The notes under the pieces were generated by a model, which worked only from the letters and a program-made list of their open reading frames with translations, searched no databases and had not been told where the DNA came from. A stretch of 54,798 nucleotides of DNA from Basidiobolus meristosporus CBS 931.73 (taxonomy: Eukaryota > Fungi > Basidiobolomycota). Shown here one piece after another: positions 34,101 through 41,212 of this stretch (position 1 is its first letter; every line of letters begins with the position of its first letter). A program made the position numbers and the translations under genes. The stretch is taken from positions 1 through 54,798 of the forward strand of contig MCFE01000597.1 in NCBI GenBank assembly GCA_002104905.1, in the 5' to 3' direction.

Positions 34101-35024
34101 TGATGTAGTCATACTTTCAGTCAAAGTATTCTTTGCCGAGCTCTTGGATGTAGTGTCTCTTGCCGATGCTGACTCGGTAGTGGGTGACTTAGAGGAGCTA
34201 CTAGCACGCTGTTTACACTCGATCCCACTAGCAGTGTTCATACAGACTGAGTTAACACCACAAGTACCGCTCCCGGTTGCCTCCGAATTCTCACAAGTGA
34301 CATAGTACGGCGAGCCGCCAGGAACGGTGCATCTCTCCTTCTGATCGCAAATGGGGGTGGATGTGCAAGGGTACACTTGGTACGAGTGGGTGTTCTTCCC
34401 GCAGACCAAGCCCATTGGACATTGCTGCCATTCCCACACATTTCCGTTAGGTCCGGTGGTACAGGTGCGATAGGTGTTCACTCCTCCTTCAACGCAATGG
34501 GTAGAGCCGAGGGCACACTTGTCGTCAGGAATGTTGGGCAACGCCACGCAGTTGATGTTGTCGCCATCTTGCTCACATACTGTCCCGTTGTTACAATCGT
34601 TCGTGTACTCCTCACCATTACTCCAGTAGTGGTATCTGTTGGATACTCCCGAGTTGAAGCACTTGGCATCCTTGCGATTACCTCTGATACTGCTGGTAGG
34701 GTTAGGCTTGGTGCTGGAGACGATGGAGGAGGATCTTTTTGGTGGCTCACCACACTCTTTGAACACACCATTCTCTGCGATGCAAACCAGGCCTGGTGCG
34801 CACTCTGATGCATCCCACTTCCCAAATACGCACTCTCCAAAATGCTTGGAGTCTAAACATGTGAAGGTACCTTCCGTACACTCGGTGGTGCTTGCAGCGC
34901 GTTTCACCAACCGGCGGTGATTGGCGGTATCATTTACGGAATCCAAAACCTTCCTGGGCTGCGGATACGCAGCAATCCCGGCCGCGATGGCAAAGACTGC
35001 TAATGCTTTCGTAGCGAGACGCAT
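19134..35024 (-). CDS. Giant secreted mucin/adhesin-like protein, 5296 aa, with ~29 CBM19-like Cys-rich modules and His-rich repeats
   Basis: A single stop-free ORF of 15.9 kb. The first ATG is at 35024 (MRLATKALAVFAIAAGIAA, a signal peptide; the ORF track starts at an upstream TTG). It has a pro-segment ending RRLVKR, seven units each with four C-x-C...C-x2-G-x-V-C modules, an S/E/H/K/T/P stalk, 76-aa repeats, a V/T-rich segment and a terminal module KCVNGAYEC...HCAAGTVCKTNGQSIICDWP. No C-terminal hydrophobic TM/GPI signal is visible. The CBM19 assignment rests on Cys/aromatic spacing recalled for PF03427 and was not run. Confidence 0.9.
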   Translation of the reverse strand: MRLATKALAVFAIAAGIAAYPQPRKVLDSVNDTANHRRLVKRAASTTECTEGTFTCLDSKHFGECVFGKWDASECAPGLVCIAENGVFKECGEPPKRSSSIVSSTKPNPTSSIRGNRKDAKCFNSGVSNRYHYWSNGEEYTNDCNNGTVCEQDGDNINCVALPNIPDDKCALGSTHCVEGGVNTYRTCTTGPNGNVWEWQQCPMGLVCGKNTHSYQVYPCTSTPICDQKERCTVPGGSPYYVTCENSEATGSGTCGVNSVCMNTASGIECKQRASSSSKSPTTESASARDTTSKSSAKNTLTESMTTSSSVQPSAATSSETKQMSMSTDQQSATPIEKHTQSKNPTSLSASSSSVSTATSSKQGEPSNVPCTEGTFKCLDSTHFGQCSFGKWVPSECSTGLVCIEQNGAFKECGVPPQGSASPSSTTSSTKPNPTSSIRGNRKDAKCFNSGVSNRYHYWSNGEEYTNDCNNGTVCEQDGDNINCVALPNIPDDKCALGSTHCVEGGVNTYRTCTTGPNGNVWEWQQCPMGLVCGKNTHSYQVYPCTSTPICDQKERCTVPGSSPYYVTCENSEATGSGTCGDNSVCMNTASGIECKQRASSSSKSHTTESASARDTTSKSSAKNTLTESLTTSSSVQLSASTSSQTKQISKSTEQQSATPIEKHTQSKNPTSLSTSSSSVSTATSSKQGEPSNLPCTEGTFKCLDSTHFGQCSFGKWVPSECSTGLVCIEQNGAFKECGVPPQGSASPSSTTSSTKPNPTSSIRGNRKNAKCFNSGVSNRYHYWSNGEEYTNDCNNGTVCEQDGDNINCVALPNIPDDKCALGSTHCVEGGVNTYRTCTTGPNGNVWEWQQCPMGLVCGKNTHSYQVYPCTSTPICDQKERCTVPGSSPYYVTCENSEATGSGTCGDNSVCMNTASGIECKKRASSSSKAPTTESASARDTTSKSSAKNTLTESLTTSFSVQPSASTSSQTKQMSKSTEQQSVTPIEKHTQSKNPTSLSASSSVPTATSSKQGEPSNVPCTEGTFKCLDSTHFGQCSFGKWVPSECSTGLVCIEQNGAFKECGVPPQGSASPSSTTSSTKPNPTSSIRGNRKNAKCFNSGVSNRYHYWSNGEEYTNDCNNGTVCEQDGDNINCVALPNIPDDKCALGSTHCVEGGVNTYRTCTTGPNGNVWEWQQCPMGLVCGKNTHSYQVYPCTSTPICDQKERCTVPGSSPYYVTCENSEATGSGTCGVNSVCMNTASGIECKQRASSSSKSHTTESASARHTTSSSSAKNTLTESLTTSSSVQPSAATSSETKQMSMSTDQQSATPIEKHTQSKNPTSLSTSSSSVSTATSSKQGEPSNVPCTEGTFKCLDSTHFGQCSFGKWVPSECSTGLVCIEQNGAFKECGVPPQGSASPSSTTSSTKPNPTSSIRGNRKNAKCFNSGVSNRYHYWSNGEEYTNDCNNGTVCEQDGDNINCVALPNIPDDKCALGSTHCVEGGVNTYRTCTTGPNGNVWEWQQCPMGLVCGKNTHSYQVYPCTSTPICDQKERCTVPGSSPYYVTCENSEATGSGTCGVNSVCMNTASGIECKQRASSSSKSHTTESASARDTTSSSSAMNTLTESMTTSSSVQPSAATSSETKEMSMSTGQQSATPIEKHTQSKNPTSLSTSSSSVSTATSSKQGEPSNVPCTEGTFKCLDSTHFGQCSFGKWVPSECSTGLVCIEQNGAFKECGVPPQGSASPSSTTSSTKPNPTSSIRGNRKNAKCFNSGVSNRYHYWSNGEEYTNDCNNGTVCEQDGDNINCVALPNIPDDKCALGSTHCVEGGVNTYRTCTTGPNGNVWEWQQCPMGLVCGKNTHSYLVYPCTSTPICDQRERCTVPGSSPYYVTCENSKATGSGTCGDNSICMNTASGIECKKRASSSSKAPTTESASARGNTSSSSTTSTADTKDDSSRISTQPGTSPMKTLSKSQVLVPSVKPSTATSSETKPTSTSIEQHSVTTREKHTQSEISLSSAATSSQQAGPSNVPCTEGTFKCLDSKHFGQCSFGKWVPSECSTGLVCIEQNGAFKECGVPPQGSASSSSTTSSTKPNPTSNIRGSRKDAKCFNSGVSNRYHYWSKEQEYENDCNNGTVCEQDGENINCVAVESIPDASCSLGSTHCVEGGVNTYRTCTTGPNGNVWEWQQCPMGLVCGKNTHSYQVHPCTSTPICDQKERCTVPGSSPYYVTCENSKATGSGTCGDNSVCMNTAVGIECKKHANTFTTGPSTKPASSTLKNHSRGSSTVRESTKSSKSDKSTETSVSHQSSATVETHKRIASSQTHRDTKSVEPRKPAESSTSHKPTERSETHRPTVASESPIASHKESKSVIPSTSQQPTNSIESSKSREQSKSMESHKATESLDNSTVNKSTKSVVSRKPTESRKPTESPVSHRSTESVESHKPTKSSEPHNDSKSIESGMHTDTHKPTESSSTLRSTASADSRSSTRASESPKSIDTRKPAKSSSTHRSVESAESHKPSESPASHRSAESVKSHEPTETSESRKESKSVESHKHSESSVTHRSTVSAESHKPTESSKSHKENKSVESPKPTESHKPAEPSHPHRSTGSDGAHKPTESPASHRSTKSVESHKAAESTETHKESKSVESHKHSESSVAHKSTGSIESRKPSESSKSHKESKSIETHRHTESSAAHKSTESSEPRKESKSAESHKHFESSAAHKSTEPVESHKPTGSSKSHQESKSTEPREPTESHKPAEPSNTDRSTASDESHRPVEPSESPKESKSVEPRKPTESQKPAEASNTHRASESAKSHKPTKSSESHKEGKSVETHKHSESSAAHGSTESVESHKPTESSEPRRESKSAESRKSTESRKTVESTTAHRSTESDESHKPTESSVSHSSTGSVVSHRSAESSEHHKESKSVEPRKPTESHKPAEPSHTHRLTKSDESHKPTESPASHKPVESSESRREGKSVEPRKPTESHKPAEPSLASRSVESIESHKPTKASESADSHKPTESSKSHREDKSAKSRKPTESRKPAESSTTHRSTESDRSHKPTESPVSHSSTGSAVPHRSAESSEHHKESNSVEPRKPTESHKPAEPSHTQRSMESIESHKPTVASESHKEAKSVETPKHSASSTAHESTESVESPKPTASSESRREGKSVESRTHTESQKSAESTTTHRSTVSDESHKPTESTASHRSTESVESHKSVEPSESPKESKSVEPRKPTESQKPAEASSTHRASESAKSHKPTKSSESHKEGKSVETHKHSESSAAHGSTESVESHKPTESSEPRRESKSAESRKSTESRKTVESTTAHRSTESDESHKPTESSVSHSSTGSVASHRSAESSKSHQESKSAEPRKPTESHKSAEPSNTHISTESVESHKPTESPASHRSTQSVESHKPVEPSESHKESKSVEPRKPTESQKPTEASNTHRASESAESHKPTKSSESHKESQSVAPRKPTESQKPAEASNTHRSTESVESLKPVESSESHKESKSAEPRKPTESQKPAEASNTHRASESAESHKPTKSSESHKEGKSVETHKHSESSAAHGSTESVESHKPTESSETRRESKSTESRKSTESRKTVESTTAHRSTESDESHKPTESPVSHSSTGSVVSHRSAESSEHHKESKSVEPRKPTESHKPAEPSHTHRSTESIQSHKHTASSESHKEAKSVETPKHSASSTAHESTGSVESPKPTESSESHREGKSAESHKPAEPSHTQRSMESIESHKPTVASESHKEAKSVETPKHSASSTAHESTESVESPKPTASSESRREGKSVESRTHTESQKSAESTTTHRSTVSDESHKPTESTASHRYTESVESHKSVEPSESHKESKSVEPRKPTESQKSAEASSTHRASESAKSHKPTKSSESHKEGKSVETHKHSESSAAHGSTESVESHKPTESSEPRRESKSAESPKPTESRKPTESTTTHRSTESESHQSTKASESVESHRSAESSESRREGKSVESRTHTETQKSAKSTATHRSTESNESRKPIESSASHRSTESLESQKGSKSEESRKPVEPTTTHRSIESVQTDKPTEASESRKQSKSAKLTKHAESSAAHRSTESVKSLKPAESSNTHRSTKSVESRKPTEASESRKESKSAKLTKHAESSAAHRSTESVESRKPAESSNTHRSTTSVESHKPTEASVSHKEVKPVETPKHSESSAAHKSTESAEHHHSTESSKPQKPTDSRKHVETSNTNRSTESVRSYKPIESSAPYRSTEPVESHKPTEASESRKRRQSVESQKASESAATHKSMESSASHRSSESTQSYISTKSVESYKSTKASESAESHKPTESSESRMESKSVESRKPKESRKPDEPPNTHRSTESDESHKPTVSRKESQSDGSHKHSESSAAHRSTKSAESYGPTESSRSPKETQSVESHKPSESSGAHRSAGSVESHGITVSTEPQIVSKSAESQKPTQVRTIPVTTETVVTTVVDTIIKYETVNRNPLSSHSPASVMHQSARSVVHYSIRTETHTVTHDVTVTAPASAASHESPKATHSAQLSQSAHNEYPSNSGRYESIETDTDTVYHTVTDTINGNGNSQGHSSAHSTKETQSARITGHGSVAGSESPKATHSAPLSSGAHNEHPSSSGHHESIETDTDTVYYTVTDTINGNGNSQGHSSAHSTKETQSARATGHGSASGSESPKATHSAHLSSGAHNEHPSNSGHYESIETGSAAGSESPKATHSAPLSSGAHNEHPSNSGHYESIETGSAAGSESPKATHSAPLSSGAHNEHPSSSGHHESIETDTDTVYYTVTDTINGNGNSQGHSSAYSTEETQSARTTGHGSASGSESPKATHSAHLSSGAHKEHPSNSGHYESIDTDTDTVYYTVTDTINGNGNSRGHSSAYSTKETQDAKATGHSSASGSESPKATHSAHLSSGAHNEHPSSSGHHESIETDTDTVYHTVTDTINGNGNSQGHSSAHSTKETHSARATGHGSASGGESPKATHSAHLSSDAHKEHPSNSGHYESIDTDTDTVYYTVTESINSNGNSQGHSSAYYTKETQSAKVTGPGRAAGNETPKASRSTHVNPATHQRQSSERVNTDTVFVTATESLSGSGGAQVRTYTQTVRETIDYQSSTTVESQTPEATHTASVATNGHHSNDGNGQQDETIYRTIVKTAGDNEYTTITTEAIVSTGTEVAVPTAARGSDRNTELPVKTVTIDVVEHQPAYTETITVTAVPTVISQPTVTVVAEPVTVTVHAPVKTVTIKENCAPSTVTVTSNPTTEPTGAKCVNGAYECALSGISDKFTICANGQLYENHCAAGTVCKTNGQSIICDWP
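19950..21500 (-). repeat. Coding tandem repeat: six 228-nt (76-aa) units plus two 111-nt (37-aa) half units
   Basis: The TDTDTVY(Y/H)TVTDTINGNGNSQGHSS..SESPKATHSA..HESIE motif recurs with spacings of 228, 228, 228, 450 and 228 nt. Confidence 0.9.
21790..28320 (-). repeat. Low-complexity hierarchical coding repeat (S[HR]K[PS][TA]ES), ~2200 aa
   Basis: The 6-7-aa motif is nested in ~0.5-kb blocks that recur 2-4 times, e.g. near 26760-26270, 25440-24990, 24590-24110 and 23560-23260. Confidence 0.9.
28330..34885 (-). repeat. Seven near-identical ~975-nt coding units, each with four Cys-rich modules and Ser/Thr linkers
   Basis: Equivalent positions fall at 34639, 33664, 32689, 31717, 30742, 29767 and 28753 (spacings 975, 975, 972, 975, 975, 1014). 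Confidence 0.95.
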
Positions 35025-38000
35025 TATAGAAATAGCAATGAAAATCAACAACCCAATTTTCGGGCTATTTATAACTGTGATTGCTGACAGTCCCTTGACC
35101 GATTTTGGTAGATTTTTTGGACGAAATTTTCATCTCACTTCGATCAAAACTGATGACCGATCGTGTTGCAAAATCTGGATGACTATGTGTATCAATCTCC
35201 ACCAAGAAGATTCGAATATATTCCTGCATATAGAATGTTGCATCCAAAATGCCCATCACGAGTGAGATGAGCCAATGATCACTGAGGATCTCGTGAAGTT
35301 ATTGCGAGTCTTATTGCCTCCCACGTGAGAAGCACACCTGATTGCTCTTATCTTGACATATAGCCCCATTTATCTGCCTCTATTCGTAGCAGAAAATTTC
35401 CTGGAATCGAGGATAGAAAAATCATAGAACAGCATCCTTTCCGACAGGAACGCTGGCTGATTAAAAATCGAATGAGGCACTGATTAGAGGGTCCACATTC
35501 CTGAAAGGGCCGGGAATCTCGAAATATTAAGCGTGGGAGGCTACTTATTGGCCAAGTATGGAGCATTGGCCATGTATGGTAGAGCTATAGCCTCCGAAAT
35601 GGGATTATTACTATGACAGTATCGGGGACCCGCTTGTTCGCATTCTGCAGGCTACAGCCTTCGTCGGCTAAATCAGCCCGAATGAAGAGTCGCCAGGCAT
35701 TTGTTTTTGGATTAGTAAATACGCCAAACTTTAAGTTGGTCTGCATTTGGCCACTTTGGGATTGTCGTCATCTGTAATGCTTCCCATTGTTCCTGGGAAT
35801 TGTTTATGCCATCTCCAGGTGTTTCGAACTTTCTGCGCTGGTTGGCCTGGCTTACTCACGCCTGGAATCCCTCCAATTGGCGAATGTAGATGTTGACGTA
35901 AAAATTGGCATGATTATTGCACAGGCTTAATCAGACCACCGCATTCCCTGGGCATAGCGGATCTCAATACGACGGAGTGTATCTATCAGTGGTGATTGCG
36001 GATTAGAATTCGCCTCTCCAGTGGTGTGTATTTGGGGTGTCCAATGCAGGATTGCGTCTTGGTCAATGCTCTGCTAAGAGGGCCTGCATTACGTAAACTC
36101 TGGAGAAGAGGCATGTGTGGTCACCCGTGTTCTAGGGGATGTGAGCGCGGCAATGAGGCGTTGGCACACTCGGGGAATGGTGGATATGAATGACAACTCT
36201 CTTCTGCACCCCAGAATTTGCATCTCCGGTCCGATATTTCTGGTAGATCTGAATGATTTGTGGCAAAATATAGAGGATTGTGTTGCCTAGACAAACCGCT
36301 CTTCCATTATCAATGGCTTCCTAATCCATGCCGTATACGGCAGTCGGCCGAGTCTAATTCTGACCCAATGCTCTCACTGTGCCGTACATGCTAGCTCATC
36401 GCGAGATGGATCTATCGGATCACTTGAAGGAAAGTGGCTCACTAACCGGAATAGAAAGTAGCTGTGCAGGTGTCCGATATGGGACACTCCAATGCTTAAG
36501 GTTCATCTGGCATGAAGGAAAATAAGGGAATCAGCGCATGATGTCATCGAGTGACTCTCCAATATTTCCCGTCCTATATTTGGCACCCAAGCCATTCGAG
36601 CGATAACCTTATAGGGGGAATGCTCCATATTGGTCGCCCGGTAAATCTATTCACACTCGCCGAAAATACTCAGTGAGCCGTTTGGATTGCCCTTACCACA
36701 GAAGGTAACTACTTGATTTGCACTGAGGTTAGAAATCTCGGGTAAGTCATTTGCGTGAGCATTCCCACCAATCATCGTTGGTTCCTACCGATTTAGTGGA
36801 GATTCGGTCTGAACAAGCTACTGGCCCAGTATCCAGATATGGGTGATACACCGCTTGGAAACAATAAGCGAGTGCTGGTCAAATGTGATGCATCACCGGC
36901 GTCAGACTGAATAGAAGTGCCCTTGAGGGATCCAGCCTTTTACGTACATATCTTTCCAAACCGAGGTGATCGCTGAGCATTGCTTAGATTCAGCGCTTGA
37001 ATGATCGTTTAATTCGAAATAGATGGATGCGCATTTTTGGATGGTTGCGATAATTTGCCCACCGTCCTTTATGGCCATATTCGATAGATGCACCTCTACC
37101 CGTCCAAATTTCACCCACTTTTTGGGTGATTATCAGGGAGTCAGAATTCTTGGTTAATTTCCTGCTCATTTCCTGATTGAGTAGTCCTGGCTGGGTGGAA
37201 GATAGCCAGGATCTTTCTAGCCGGCTGCTCGATTGGCTCTCCTTACGTGCTTATCGCAAGCAGGCATTCGATCTCGGTGGCAGCGTCTTGGTCAGGAAGC
37301 ACGCTGATTCAGTTGCTCATTCGACCCTTGCTACTAAATGAGGTAATGGCTATCTAGGTGTATCAATGTTCCTCGTAGCCGTACAAGTTATCGCAAGTTG
37401 GGATGATAGGACTCATATAGCTTTACTGCCTTCTATTAGGGGTAACGCTGCATGAGAAGACACCAGATACCAAGTGAGAGGCTTGGGGCTTCATTCAAAG
37501 TGTCAGCGCTTACAGTCCGCGGTACAAGCGTTTGCAGAGCTACGCGATTCACAGCCTGCGAAAGCATGTATCTGGAGAGATGGTGCCGTCACTGATGGGA
37601 CGCCAACCGTTGGTTAGTTCGAGGCTGGCTCAAGTAGCTTGCTTAGAACAAGTGGACCAAGATGCCACAAAGCTGGTGGCTGACTGGAATGTTCGGAGCT
37701 TTTCGAGATCGCATGCATAAATGGATCGGTTCGATCGTTGTGTACAGTGCGCAATGTTTGGAGAAACGGATAACAATTACAACTATCTGGATGGCTGGCT
37801 TTGGAATTTCTTCAAACAATATGCTGCTTATCGAGGGAATCTCACGAGTACCCGATCTTGGGAAAGTCCCTACATCAAGGAGATCCAACGATACAACGCG
37901 TACTGTACGATGGCTGCTCTTTTGTAACTGGGCTCTGCCAGCAAGAGGAGTGGAATTTAATGGTCCTCTCACCCTACTAAGTGTCGGAATCACTAGAAAT

Positions 38001-40568
38001 GCGCACCGCGCTTTCGATGGTACATGCAGTGAATATGCACTTGCACCTTAGGGGTGGAGCTTATCTGTGAGATAAGAATATATTTGGCGTTGACCGCACG
38101 AATCAAGTGCCGCTCGATGCCATCGTGGCTGCCAAGCCAATCTTGGGCGAGCATGACTGGGAGAGATCTCAGCCTTCCAAATGTATAGGCCGTGTTGGAA
38201 GGGAAGTGGTCATTTGATGGGATGAGGGATCCGATGGAGAGTGCAAAAGTAGCTGGGTAGGTCACCAGCTCATCAGGGAAGGAATCGTGATTCGAATCGG
38301 TTCGAATCGTATAGCTCGTACAATATTGGTAGAGGAAAATCCCCGTTTTGTTGGATTATTATCAGAACCATCTCCGTAAATGTGAGTGGAAGAGATAAAG
38401 ATAGGTGTCAAGGAATTGCATGGAACATTGGCCGCCAGTAATGGGCTATCGTCGATGATGTTTGGAAGGGGCTGGGGTGACTCATTCCATTTGAACCCAA
38501 AACTACCGATGGCTTACATACGAGACGCAGTTCCACTCAGCTGTGGTGTAGAGACACACGTTGTTTTCTCCCGAGCAAGATATCGGGCGTTTTTGGCTAA
38601 TGCAAATCGTCCAACCAGACTCAAAGGCCAGAAACGTCTTGTACTATAATCTCCATCAAGCCACACATGCTGCAATGTCCTCTGTGGCTAGTGGAGCATG
38701 ATAATACCTCTTGGCTGTTTCCGTGCAGAACTTTATCAACATAACTGGCACTCGGTATGCCCCCCTAAATCAGGAAGATATTACTCGGTGCCTCACCACA
38801 AGGCACCCTTTATTTCTCCAACCAAGCATTGCCATGGTCATGTGGATCACGAAACTTTTCTTTCGTAGATCTTGCACCCAACCGTTCAGCCCTGTTGCGA
38901 ATCTCAAAACACCCCTCCATCACATTGATTGCAGCATGCCCTGCCTTGGTAGCGGCTCTAGATGCGAACAGAAGCAGTGTAGCCTGGTCTTTTGCTCATT
39001 TGGGATGGTATTCATTGTACACTAAATAGCGAGCGGATTGGAGTTGAAGGATTGGTGTGTTGCTCATTCGCCAATCGAATAGGCTAAACCACCTTCGCAC
39101 TAAACGGATATTGTCTAAGGATTTTCGCAGTGGGCGATCCTAGAATACTCTGACCGTGCTTTTCTGCGCTACAATCCGAAATCACTACATGGCCCAGCCC
39201 ATTTTAAGCGTAGGTTTCCCCGTCGCCTGGTCTGATTCTAAATGCGCGAGATGTTCCAGAAAGCGTATAGTCGTTTCCAGTGATCTGGAAACTATGGGGA
39301 AGAAAAAACCAGGATTGGCAAATTCGCGAAGCTTGTCCAATTTCGAGGAGCCAACCGCACCAAAAATATCGGCCTCAAGGAACGATTGTGTATGGTTGTT
39401 GTTTTATGACATAACCATTCGGCCATTTCGGGAACCTCGGGATTTTCCCTATTCTATCGAAATCCTGTTCGTCGGCGACCGCATTCTCAGTCGCACCCAA
39501 TTGGTTTCCGGGAAAAATCTTCTTTTTGTGGTCAAGTGGTTGCTTTCTGTAACAATGCACCAAGTCACGACTGGCTCCCTAAAGCCAAGTGTTCTAGATG
39601 CTTCCTTTCCAGATGGCTGGATTTTCTTAGGATCCGGGTTTTTGTACGGACGCAATCGCGTAGCAAGTTGCCATGGCACTCTAACTTCATGACCCTTGAA
39701 TTTGTGCTCTATGCTCTGACCTTGTTCTGATGGGACGATGTGTACCAATTTATTCCCGAATATCAATAATAATTGGCGGGCCGTACATCGGAATCTTCTC
39801 TTCAGATATTATTTTGTCAGCTGCCGTTCAATACCATGTATCCAGTATATGCCGTGCCTACAGTGATCAAAGATCAGAGAGGCGCCCAGGAGAATATTTT
39901 GTCACGTATTCATGAGATTCCAGTCTCGTATGTGCGTCCATTGTACTCAAAGTGTTGGGACACTTGCCTCTGGTAATGTTCTGCTGAAAGCCTAAGCCGA
40001 CTATTTCTGTAGCCTGACTTGAATGATATCGATGCTTTCCATTCTGGCTGTGAATGGCAATTGTAAGAAGCCCTTTGTGCACTTGTGGTAGTCGATCTAG
40101 ACGGTCATTGTTTTCATGACCATAAGCTGGTTATTCAAATCCGTAACTCTAGCTGAAACTCATAATATGGTCTCTACTGGAACACCATGCAAATGCCTGA
40201 CCATTTCCAACCTGAATGGAGCCTGAAATCTCAAAGTTGTGTGGTAACCTATAACAATATCATGGTTGATGGGCCATTGGACTTCTTTTCAGTCCTTCCC
40301 ATTCATAGGCTTTATCCATACTGGCTCATCAGTCGGAAAGCTTATAATAATGTAGATTCTGTCATTGATAAGCTCCGAACAAAATTGTCATCGATAGCCA
40401 TTACACCCTACCATAGGGGTACACCCTCCGTGAAATTGTTGCCAGAGTTTTGGAGATATTCAAGATAATTGGGAAAAGTAGATTAAATGGTGTTCACTTG
40501 ATGATTTACTCGATTTAAGAGCAGTACTCACATTTTAGCATGGTCTTAGTCCAACAAGCATATACAAT

Positions 40569-40645
40569 AGATATTTTCCGTTGGATAATGTCACATTGAG
40601 CCATGAGTGCCAAATAGTGCCACAGTTTGCCAGTGAGGTGTAGCC
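40569..40645. mobile_element. Left end of a TIR element of the same family as 3201 and 47277
   Basis: AAT|AGATATTTTCCGTTGGATAATGTCACATTGAGCCATGAGTGCCAAATAGTGCC aligns with the arm starting at 47277. It is cut by an LTR at 40646. Confidence 0.7.
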
Positions 40646-41212
40646 TGTTGTAAGAGTCTTGGAGATATCAAAAGTGATTGGGAGAACAAGCAGATAACAC
40701 AATTTTCACTTGATGATATATTGCATGTAAAAGTAGTATTTATACCTTTATATAGTCCTGGCAAAACAAACATATAGAATATGATGAGGAAGGTTCCAAG
40801 AGTATCTTTGCAAGGTTTGGGGCTGCTCAGACAACTTATCAAAATATCATCCTTTGGATACCAAATGTTTCAGTAATTTGTTCAGAATTCTCCAGGCCGT
40901 GCAGGTAATAATATAAGTGACTATGCTAGGTGGGTATTCAGGTGTAATAACAAAACTTACAACACTCCCACTCAACTAAGTAATCACATTAACCAGTGCT
41001 GATTGTGATCTAAGATATTGAAAATTGTCTCTAGCTAATGGCTTGGTGAATATGTCTGCAATCATTCCATCTTTAGGACAGTAAACTTAGTTACTATCTG
41101 CACCTTCACATATGCTATGGTGTCTAATATTCATGTACTTGACTCTGGCACAAAGAGCTGGATTTCAGCCTAATTGTTCACATTCTGGATAATCTTAAAA
41201 TAATGTAGAGGG
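40646..41212 (-). mobile_element. Copia 3' end: 3' LTR (40646-40964), PPT (40965-40973) and RNase H C-terminus
   Basis: The LTR is preceded on the minus strand by GAGTGGGAG and by ..YCPKDGMIADIFTKPLARDNFQYLR, the Copia RNase H end motif ADIFTK. Confidence 0.85.

Noticed and set aside
19950-34885. Regular repeats as a CRISPR array or satellite
   Set aside because: Eukaryotic context, unit lengths are multiples of 3 inside one ORF, and there are no unique spacers or cas genes.
28330-34885. Repeat array as a pure assembly artefact
   Set aside because: Each unit has its own SNP/indel combination (e.g. a 972-nt unit and distinct units 1 and 7) and the frame is kept. Exact copy number still needs long reads.
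35025-35051. 5305-aa version starting at TTG 35051
   Set aside because: Eukaryotic gene; the ATG at 35024 directly precedes a good signal peptide.
39156-39692. 178-aa + strand ORF as a CDS
   Set aside because: Starts at GTG, has no recognisable motif, and the strand is ambiguous. Kept only within a low-confidence finding.
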